A DNA stretch of 10,239 nt from Candidatus Thorarchaeota archaeon (GCA_029858305.1 JAOUFI010000079.1:1-10239); one strand, 5' to 3'. Shown: positions 1-7,240, counted from the stretch's first letter. The notes: a model not told the origin generated them from the letters alone. Made by a program: numbers and translations.

Positions 1-289
1 CATCAGATATGGCTACCACAGGTATTTTCTTCTTCAGCAAATACTCTCTAGCCTGAGTGGGTCCTGGAAGTGCAGCGTTTGGGCTTACTATTAGAACCAA
101 ACCTGGATTCATCTCCGAAAGTTTTGAAGTAGCTTCTTCACAATGTATCGGGTCCATACTAGCCCCGGTTGTAACAACTCGTACCGCAATGTCCTTTCGT
201 TCTGCACGTTCATCAAGTATCAAATCAAGTAGAGGTGCAGCACCAATACATCCTAATTTCAGTATTCCAATTCTACATAAATCAGCCAT
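1..289 (-). CDS. mtd: F420-dependent methylenetetrahydromethanopterin dehydrogenase (5' part, truncated by window edge)
   Basis: Not in the ORF track. Manual translation from ATG at 289 gives MADLCRIGILKLGCIGAAPLLDLILDERAERKDIAVRVVTTGASMDPIHCEEATSKLSEMNPGLVLIVSPNAALPGPTQAREYLLKKKIPVVAISD, open to the edge. It matches Mtd hallmarks (IGILKxGxIG, LDLxLDERAxRxD, SPNxAxPGPxxARE). GAGGAGG lies 7 nt upstream. Confidence 0.93.
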   Translation of the reverse strand, partial: MADLCRIGILKLGCIGAAPLLDLILDERAERKDIAVRVVTTGASMDPIHCEEATSKLSEMNPGLVLIVSPNAALPGPTQAREYLLKKKIPVVAISD

Positions 290-296
290 TGTAAAT

Positions 297-303
297 CCTC
301 CTC
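297..303 (-). promoter_or_regulatory. Shine-Dalgarno site of mtd (GAGGAGG)
   Basis: Minus strand reads GAGGAGG-ATTTACA-ATG. Confidence 0.8.
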
Positions 304-328
304 TAAAAGCACAGCACCTACAGAGCCA

Positions 329-346
329 TCATAAAACAATTTTGGT
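329..346 (-). promoter_or_regulatory. Candidate archaeal BRE/TATA promoter for mtd
   Basis: Minus strand ACCAAAATTGTTTTATGA: an A-rich element followed by TTTTATGA about 40-47 nt upstream of the ATG. This would place the start site just before the SD. Pattern only. Confidence 0.3.
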
Positions 347-403
347 TTCTCTTACACCCTAGATGAAAGTCCAAAGAATTGAAGATGCGCTTGAATGCCG
401 CAA

Positions 404-2293
404 TTATAGTCTTAGAATGAAAGTGTATTGATTATCGTCAATACTCAATCTGCTCTCTATGAGTTTTCCTGTTCTATGAATGAAATTAATCATTGGAACA
501 TTCTTTGGATGTACATAGGCAATGAATGCATTGACTCCTTTGCTCTTTGCTATACGCATCATCTGATTCAGGAGAAATGTACCAATGCCTCGGTTCTGAT
601 ACTCATCCTTTACAAGCAGTGCGAATTCAGCTTGATTCGTACTTCTATTCAGTAGATATCTTCCTGCGGCAACTATTTTCTCACATTCACCTTCTTTTTC
701 ATTCCCTACTACAGCGACAAGGGAAATATCTGACTCTTGGTCAACATAATAGAACTCCTGTAGTGTCTGTCGCCGAAGGCTTCTAAGCGGCGTAAGGAAT
801 CGAAAGAATATTGAATCTTCACTGAGGCCGTAAAAGAGTTCTTTGATACGATCACTATCATCAGGTCGAATTAGTCGAACATGGACGCTAATTTGGCCAT
901 CTGGCATTTCAGCCTCAGTGATTGCTTCGTATTCAATTGGAAAATAGGTTCCTCTAGCAAGAAATGGTACTTGGTCTTCGAAAACATACTTCATCTCTTT
1001 GGCAGCTTCAAGCAATCCATTCCTAAATTTCGGATGCGCGATGGCAATGAGGGATAGTACTCTCTCACGTATGGTCTTGCCTCGAAGTGATGCAAGTCCG
1101 TATTCTGTGATTATAACGTCTATATCTCCTCTAGTTGTGACCACTCCAGCCCCTTCGCTTAGACGTGGTACAATCTTTGATACCGCCCCTTGTAATGCAG
1201 TGGATTTGACACAAATGATTGATTTTCCTCCCTCTGATCTTGATGCTCCTCTAATGAAATCAATTTGTCCTCCTATACCGCTGTAAAAGGCGTGGCCTAT
1301 TGAATCCGAGCACACTTGTCCTGTCAGGTCAACTTCCAGAGCAGAGTTGATAGCAACCATCTTCCGGTTCTGACTTATCACATTTGGATCATTCACGTAT
1401 GATGTTTCTCTAAACTCGAAAACTGGATTGTTGTTTACATAATCGTAGAGCTTTTCTGTACCCATGGCAAAACTTGCAATGACTTTGCCTTTATTGATGC
1501 TCTTCTTCTGATTTGTGACTACACCACTCTCGATGAGGTCGATAATACTATCACTAAAGGTTTCAGTATGAATACCTAAATCTCGAACTCCAGTGTTGAT
1601 TAGATTCTTTGTGACTGCTTTGGCTACAGTACCAATTCCTACTTCGATTGTCGATTCATTTTCCACGAGTTTCGCTGCATACTCTCCAATTCTATTCTTT
1701 CGCTCACTCACCTCTGGCGAATAGAATTCGCGTAATGGTTCAGTGAATGGAACGAGATAATCTAGTTCCTTGATATGCACGAACGAGTCTCCATGTGTAA
1801 CAGGCATACGTTCGTTAACTTGAGCAATTACCAGGTCTGCATGTTCTACCCCTGATTTTGTGATATCAACTGAGATGCCTAAAGAGACATAACCGAACTC
1901 ATCAGGTGGGCTCACTTGAATCAGTGCTACGTCTATTGGTATTCTTTTTGTCCTAAATAGGAACGGGATGTCAGAGAGAGGTGCTGGTGTGTAATCAGCT
2001 CGGCCTTCGGATACTGCGCTACGAATATTATCAGAGACAAAGAATGTATTATGCCTAAATTGAGCTTGAAATTTAGTGTCAGCGGATGGAGTATTGCCAA
2101 TAGTTAGCAGGTGTAGTATCTCGTTATCCGCCATAGCTCTCGCGTTTCTACTAAGTTCTTGGACAAGATGATATGGAACCCCACAACCAGTTCCGAGGAA
2201 GATACGTGTTCCTCTTCGAATCTTGGAGAGCGCAACCTTGGCTGGAACTATCTTATCCTTGTACTTTACTGTCCAATCTGCTTTTGCAGCCAT
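404..2293 (-). CDS. Two-domain protein: acetyl-CoA hydrolase/transferase (family I CoA-transferase, Cat2/AbfT-like) fused to a C-terminal GNAT (Pat-like) N-acetyltransferase, 629 aa
   Basis: The N-terminal ~440 aa carry DVALIQVSPPDEFGYVSLG, AQVNERMP, LGIHTE (putative catalytic Glu244), NSALEVDLTGQV, SGIGGQIDF and VIITEYGLASLRGK. The C-terminal ~160 aa carry VRLIRPDD...LSEDSIFFRF, AEFALLVKDEYQNRGIG (motif A, Q/RxxGxG) and NVPM. GGTGGA lies 7 nt upstream of the ATG. Confidence 0.9.
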   Translation of the reverse strand: MAAKADWTVKYKDKIVPAKVALSKIRRGTRIFLGTGCGVPYHLVQELSRNARAMADNEILHLLTIGNTPSADTKFQAQFRHNTFFVSDNIRSAVSEGRADYTPAPLSDIPFLFRTKRIPIDVALIQVSPPDEFGYVSLGISVDITKSGVEHADLVIAQVNERMPVTHGDSFVHIKELDYLVPFTEPLREFYSPEVSERKNRIGEYAAKLVENESTIEVGIGTVAKAVTKNLINTGVRDLGIHTETFSDSIIDLIESGVVTNQKKSINKGKVIASFAMGTEKLYDYVNNNPVFEFRETSYVNDPNVISQNRKMVAINSALEVDLTGQVCSDSIGHAFYSGIGGQIDFIRGASRSEGGKSIICVKSTALQGAVSKIVPRLSEGAGVVTTRGDIDVIITEYGLASLRGKTIRERVLSLIAIAHPKFRNGLLEAAKEMKYVFEDQVPFLARGTYFPIEYEAITEAEMPDGQISVHVRLIRPDDSDRIKELFYGLSEDSIFFRFLTPLRSLRRQTLQEFYYVDQESDISLVAVVGNEKEGECEKIVAAGRYLLNRSTNQAEFALLVKDEYQNRGIGTFLLNQMMRIAKSKGVNAFIAYVHPKNVPMINFIHRTGKLIESRLSIDDNQYTFILRL

Positions 2294-2369
2294 TCAATAT
2301 TCCACCATGCTATTATGACCAATCGATTCAAAATGATTTGAGGGTTTCGAGTTGTATCCCATAAAATAT

Positions 2370-3179
2370 CTAGGAACCTTTTCCCAAGAGTTTGAGGAGT
2401 GTAGTGTCGCTAAGCAGACCAAGTTTTTCAGCGATTAACTCAACAGCTAGTACAGCCGGAGAGTTACGTGAAAGCTCAATAAGTGGCTCTCCTTGATAGT
2501 TTGCTTTGGCGAGTTCATCGTCGTTGGGAATCATTCCAATTAAATCGAGTCCCTCTTGCGCTAACTTATTCTGCAAGTCTTCTTCCATACCTGCGGGGAA
2601 TCTATTGCCGATTACAACGATTTTCTTGAACTCAATATGTACCTCCTTTGCTAGATCTCTGATTCTTAGAGCTGCTTCGTAGGCAGCTCTTGATGCATCA
2701 ACAACAATTATGAGTATGTCCACATTGCGATTTGTTCTTCGGCTTAAATGTTCCAAGCCTGCACTCATGTCTAGTAATGTAATCTCGTAGTTCTGACTTA
2801 GCCTATCCAGAATTTGAGTTAGGAGCCGATTTACGAAGCAGTAACAGCCTTCACCTTCTGTTCTTCCCATTGCTAGAAAATCGAATTGCTCTCCCTCGAT
2901 AAGTGCTTCAAAGATTTCGCCTTCGAGGACATCCTGTTTAGCTACTGAACCTGAGATGGCTCCGTCATCAATACTCTTTCTTAGTCGGGTGGCAATAGAC
3001 CCAACCGTATCCGGCACTTCAACACCCAATGCTCGGGGTAAATTCAGAACAGGATCTGCATCGACCACTAAGAGACTTCTCTTGGACTTCTCAGTCACAA
3101 TCCGAGTAAGTAAAGCTGTTGTTGTGGTTTTTCCAACACCGCCCTTACCTGATACGGAGATTACCAAACGCTCTCTCAT
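2370..3179 (-). CDS. cooC: CooC/AcsF-family nickel-insertion ATPase (CODH/ACS maturation), ~269 aa
   Basis: Deviant Walker A SGKGGVGKTT, VDADP, Ni-binding GEGCYC, and DMSAGLEHLSRRT. The MGRxEGxGCYC and EHLSRRT motifs resemble the ACS-associated AcsF/CooC2 subgroup. I prefer ATG 3179 over TTG 3221 because family members start just before the P-loop strand. Confidence 0.9.
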   Translation of the reverse strand: MRERLVISVSGKGGVGKTTTTALLTRIVTEKSKRSLLVVDADPVLNLPRALGVEVPDTVGSIATRLRKSIDDGAISGSVAKQDVLEGEIFEALIEGEQFDFLAMGRTEGEGCYCFVNRLLTQILDRLSQNYEITLLDMSAGLEHLSRRTNRNVDILIIVVDASRAAYEAALRIRDLAKEVHIEFKKIVVIGNRFPAGMEEDLQNKLAQEGLDLIGMIPNDDELAKANYQGEPLIELSRNSPAVLAVELIAEKLGLLSDTTLLKLLGKGS

Positions 3180-3230
3180 AATCGTTTTTCCTTTGGACTT
3201 TTGTCCGATATTTTTCCTCAAAGTATACTG

Positions 3231-4646
3231 TCATTCTTCTTTCCATTTACCTTCCTGAAGATACTTGGGAATTCCACTAGAGTCTTGAGGTCCCACCTTG
3301 ACTGTCCAACCAGTTGCTTCCTCCGTTTCTCCACTGATTCTTGCAGCCATTCCTGGACTTATTAGAATCCTATGATTTACCTTATCTGCAACGCCATATT
3401 CCTGAAGTGATTCAGCTACCTTGTCTGCAGTTAGTTTTCGTCCTGCAACTGCAGATTGAACACTCATTCCTTCAGTATCTACAACCACAAGGTATGCATT
3501 AACACCCGCTTGTTTGATATCACTCTCGACAGTGAAATAGGTAAGTGCAAAGTTTGTAGTATACATTACAGGCACATCAGGTCCTACCTCTCCAAACTCA
3601 ACAAGCCCTGCTTCAACTGCAACAGGTTTTACTGGATCTGTATAGATATTGCTTCGAAGGAATGTCAGTGGCAGGTTTGTCCACATATCAAGACTGTGAA
3701 GGACTACTATATCTGAGTATCTTACTATTGAGGATGCTGCCGTGAGAACTTCATCCCATTTGGTTAATTCAGGAGCTTCTCCATCTTGGTAATCCGCCCA
3801 GACTGATATAGGTGTAGACAATAATGGAAAGCCAAATAGCTCATTATCAGCTACAGTTGCTGACCTCCTTAATTGAGTGAAATTGTCTACTGTAGTACCC
3901 AATCCTGCCTTCGATGCAGTTCCAGGATCAAGCACTATCTCATTCACTCCTAGAGCACGTAACGTAGTAACTAAAGTAGCAAGATCATTCAGATTACCTG
4001 ACGTATGCGCAACTAGCGGTAATCCGTGTTTTACAGCGATTTCACCTACTTCTGACCATGTGTCCATCGTTGCTGCGTATAGTAATGGACGCTTGTGCGC
4101 AATCGCCATTGCTGCAGCAGCCAGCATGCTTGGGTCGAGAGAGCAAAGCATGATCGGCCACTCGGTCAATTCAATGAGTTTCTTTGCCGCGTTTGCAAAT
4201 GTCTTTGGATCCTTTGAAACCCCTCTAAGAGCAATTCCGTCGAGGCGTAAATTCTGTCCTATGTAAATGTATGTCCAATCTTCGATTTCCTTTACCCTCT
4301 TAGCTAATCCATCTGAATCGAGATTATCAGATATATCAAGGAAGAATGCTGTGGGATTGGAGTAGCGAAGGTCATGTCTGTAGAGAACTAATTTTCCTCC
4401 GATATTGACTGCTTTATCCCCCACACCAATTGTAATCTCTCTGATGGGAGGACGCACAAGATCCTCTAGTTTAGTCAATTTCTTTGCATACTTTTGTTCT
4501 TCATAAAGGGGAGTGCACGCTTTGAGCTTGACTGTGTGCTCAGCCATCTTTGTTGCAAAAGCCATGCAGTTGGCTTCACCACATACCTTGCAGTTTGTCC
4601 CTGGTAACAGTGGATAAATCTCTAATGGGCCAGGTAGCTTAGCCAT
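3231..4646 (-). CDS. cdhE: ACDS gamma subunit (corrinoid Fe-S protein large subunit), 471 aa
   Basis: N-terminal [4Fe-4S] motif LPGTNCKVCGEANCMAFA...C, NIYTDPVKP, TTNFALTYFTVESD, and GWTVKVGPQDSSGIP. Start reassigned to ATG 4646, which has a TAATG overlap with the cdhD stop and GGAGGGAG upstream. Confidence 0.96.
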   Translation of the reverse strand: MAKLPGPLEIYPLLPGTNCKVCGEANCMAFATKMAEHTVKLKACTPLYEEQKYAKKLTKLEDLVRPPIREITIGVGDKAVNIGGKLVLYRHDLRYSNPTAFFLDISDNLDSDGLAKRVKEIEDWTYIYIGQNLRLDGIALRGVSKDPKTFANAAKKLIELTEWPIMLCSLDPSMLAAAAMAIAHKRPLLYAATMDTWSEVGEIAVKHGLPLVAHTSGNLNDLATLVTTLRALGVNEIVLDPGTASKAGLGTTVDNFTQLRRSATVADNELFGFPLLSTPISVWADYQDGEAPELTKWDEVLTAASSIVRYSDIVVLHSLDMWTNLPLTFLRSNIYTDPVKPVAVEAGLVEFGEVGPDVPVMYTTNFALTYFTVESDIKQAGVNAYLVVVDTEGMSVQSAVAGRKLTADKVAESLQEYGVADKVNHRILISPGMAARISGETEEATGWTVKVGPQDSSGIPKYLQEGKWKEE

Positions 4647-5839
4647 TACACTCCCTCCGGAATTGATATTGATGTCCAGTCTGGGTAGTCGTCTGCAGTT
4701 GTTGTCCGTCTCTCCCGAAGCCAATCGACAAGATCATGTATGGTCTTTATCGCTGCTGGGTGCATCATCATGAAGAGATCATTTCCTGCTAGAAGAAGAG
4801 CTAGTGCTGTAACACTTTCCCAGATAGGTCCTCTAAGTTCTCTGGGACCTAGTTCAGGAAGATTTAGCCAAGCTTCTCTTGCAGCCCATGCATTGGTCGT
4901 ACCAGAGCTGATTGGATATTGGAGTTCTGAATCACCCAGTAATCCTCCAAGACGCATTCGTTGCATCATGGTGAAGGCATATTCAAGCCCATAGCCGAGT
5001 GCTGCAGTTGTTGGATCTATCACTATTTGTTCAGGTCGTAGCCAATCGACTAGTCTACGATTGAGTTCTTTTTGTTGATTAATATCGAGTGAAGTCCAAG
5101 ATAACACGACTTGGTCGTATTTCTTCGCAGCTACAGCGATCGGCTCGTATACGTCAACCGTGGCTGAACATAATAATGTACGTTCGCCTTCACAGACTTC
5201 AGCCGCTTTTGCTAGTACTGGTCCATCCTTTTCAGGGTCTCCTGCAGAGCCAATAAGAATTGGAACCTTGACTGCCTGAAGAACCTCCTCAATAGTCTTT
5301 GCAGCATCCGATGGTGAGGTGTCTCCGAGTCGTCTATCCGTACTAATTAGATGAAGTGTAACAACATCTGCGCCAAACTTGTCTACGACAAGTTTCGCCC
5401 ACTCTGCTGGATCCTCCATAACTTCCTTATAATGCATCTTGACTGCTTTAGCCAGAGAGATTGGCATATCAAACACATCAGCAGCTACGATTGGTGGGTG
5501 CTTGGGAGGTGCCTGAAAGAGATCCCAGGCAGGTGCAGTATGTCCGCCAATTGTGACGGTCTTACTTCGAGTGCCACCACCTGCCTTTGTTGATCCGATA
5601 GTGACCTCATGAATGGAAGAGGTATATTCTCCCAGAGGCGGTACAAATTTTGCTGATATCAAGGACTTTGGTCCTGTGAGTACTGCTCTTGCTGCAGCTC
5701 TTGCCATTTGTTGAACCATCGGTCTCAGTGATATTTTGAGCTCATCGACCTCAATCGTCACGTTCTCAAGAGTCAGTTCTGAAAACTCACCAAAGAGTTC
5801 ATCTAGTGAGGAAGTTTTGTCTTCCTTCAATGGTGTCAT
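4646..5839 (-). CDS. cdhD: ACDS delta subunit (corrinoid Fe-S protein small subunit), 397 aa
   Basis: EVTIGSTKAGGGTR, DVFDMP, EEVLQAVKVP, GDPEKD, IDPTTAALGYGLEY, SSGTTNAWAAREAW and DLFMMMHP. ATGA overlap with the cdhC stop. Confidence 0.96.
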   Translation of the reverse strand: MTPLKEDKTSSLDELFGEFSELTLENVTIEVDELKISLRPMVQQMARAAARAVLTGPKSLISAKFVPPLGEYTSSIHEVTIGSTKAGGGTRSKTVTIGGHTAPAWDLFQAPPKHPPIVAADVFDMPISLAKAVKMHYKEVMEDPAEWAKLVVDKFGADVVTLHLISTDRRLGDTSPSDAAKTIEEVLQAVKVPILIGSAGDPEKDGPVLAKAAEVCEGERTLLCSATVDVYEPIAVAAKKYDQVVLSWTSLDINQQKELNRRLVDWLRPEQIVIDPTTAALGYGLEYAFTMMQRMRLGGLLGDSELQYPISSGTTNAWAAREAWLNLPELGPRELRGPIWESVTALALLLAGNDLFMMMHPAAIKTIHDLVDWLRERRTTTADDYPDWTSISIPEGV

Positions 5840-7239
5840 TTCTTCGTGTCACCTTTTCCTGTTTTTCGGATGATGACTTTCTCTGCATAGATTTTTGCGT
5901 TTTTGAAAATTATCTCCAGGCCACCACCCACGCCTCCGACCATGGCGCTAAATTCTCCCGGAACAGAAACATAGTCTCCAGATCCTTCCATTGGTAGTTC
6001 GATCTCATCTTCCTCCTCAAGCTCAATCCAACGATCAGCAACAGGATGTGATTTTTCCTTGAGGAAGTTTTTCAGATCTGATATTGTCATAGCATCTTTC
6101 TCTGTGGCAATTCTTGTTCGAATGTCCTCAGGAATATAATCCTGCACTCGATCTCTGATTGCCTCTGGTATCCACACCACGCGATCCCAGCCTCCATCTA
6201 CTTGAAGGAATTTTGGAGATCGCATATATTCAATTGAGATGCCATGGAAACCGGGAACTTGTCGACCACCTGCTGTAGAATCTGCGAGGCTAGAGAATGG
6301 AAGTCCATTGACGGTTTCTCCTTTAAAATCTCTATGAACAATCCCAAGCCCATCAACTTCAGGTATCACGAAGGCAATAGCTTCAAAGCAACCACAGCTT
6401 GTGTGTGGTTTTTCAAACGCACTATATAGCGCAACTGAATTTACTTTGCCTAGAGATTTCTCAGTGTATGCCTGATTTACACCTGTGTACTCTCCTCTGA
6501 ACTCATCAATCGTGTCGCCCTTGGCTATTGCATACAAAGGACCCTTTGGATCGACTCGAGCAGCTGCACGTCCATCAAACCAGCTGATTGCTCCACAATT
6601 TGCGTATCTCTGAGGAGTTATCGTACAGACATGTGTTGGGGCAAAGGATTGACAGAGAGAGCAGCCATAAAATGTGTCAACTTCGGCATCACTTAGACCA
6701 CGTGCTCGTGCATCTCGCTCATTGTATCTATTTATGGCTTCGTCATATTGCTTAGCTACTTCTTCAGGATCTGTAATGAATGTCACCTGTATCTTCTCAA
6801 TGATGTTCATTTCACTCTTGAAGAGTCGAATCAGAACCTTACCCAGATATTCTAGAGAGTTGAATCCTTTCTCAAAGGACTTCTTACTTAGTCGAATCCA
6901 AATATCATATCTCTGGTTGAGGTGCATCATGCCTTCGACAAAGTTCACATATTCGTGAATTCGTCTCTCAATGACTCCTTCCAGATCTGGCTCGACTTCT
7001 TTGCCAGCCACTTCAATAAAGATTCCAAGTGGATGGTAGCTGCCTTCTTTCATATCTTTCAGGTCTGGACCAATGATTGTTATTTTTTCATCTTCTATTT
7101 CATCCATAGAACGTGCCAAAGCGAGTTCGTACTTCTTCTCCATGGTTGGTCCACCGAGTTCGACAAACATATCCTTGCCTCGTACTCGCTCACCTTCATA
7201 TACAACACCAATGTCTACTGGAATATCTTCGAATGACAT
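5836..7239 (-). CDS. cdhC: ACDS beta subunit (acetyl-CoA synthase, archaeal short form), 467 aa
   Basis: YEGERVR, VELGGP and ERRIHE. A-cluster motifs FYGCSLCQSFAPTHVC, CGAISW and PHTSCGCFE are present, plus SPKFLQVDGGWDRVVW. It lacks the ~300-aa N-terminal domain of bacterial AcsB. Confidence 0.97.
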   Translation of the reverse strand: MSFEDIPVDIGVVYEGERVRGKDMFVELGGPTMEKKYELALARSMDEIEDEKITIIGPDLKDMKEGSYHPLGIFIEVAGKEVEPDLEGVIERRIHEYVNFVEGMMHLNQRYDIWIRLSKKSFEKGFNSLEYLGKVLIRLFKSEMNIIEKIQVTFITDPEEVAKQYDEAINRYNERDARARGLSDAEVDTFYGCSLCQSFAPTHVCTITPQRYANCGAISWFDGRAAARVDPKGPLYAIAKGDTIDEFRGEYTGVNQAYTEKSLGKVNSVALYSAFEKPHTSCGCFEAIAFVIPEVDGLGIVHRDFKGETVNGLPFSSLADSTAGGRQVPGFHGISIEYMRSPKFLQVDGGWDRVVWIPEAIRDRVQDYIPEDIRTRIATEKDAMTISDLKNFLKEKSHPVADRWIELEEEDEIELPMEGSGDYVSVPGEFSAMVGGVGGGLEIIFKNAKIYAEKVIIRKTGKGDTKK

Positions 7240-7240
7240 T

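Noticed and set aside
57-362. 101-aa plus-strand ORF
   Set aside because: Antisense shadow of mtd, with no recognisable motifs.
3231-3233. Selenocysteine recoding of the cdhE TGA
   Set aside because: The codon falls at the normal CdhE C-terminus, not at a Cys-equivalent position, and I recognised no SECIS-like structure.
4647-4724. 26-aa N-terminal extension of CdhE in the ORF track
   Set aside because: It overlaps cdhD. ATG 4646 has an SD and stop-start coupling and matches the family N-terminus.
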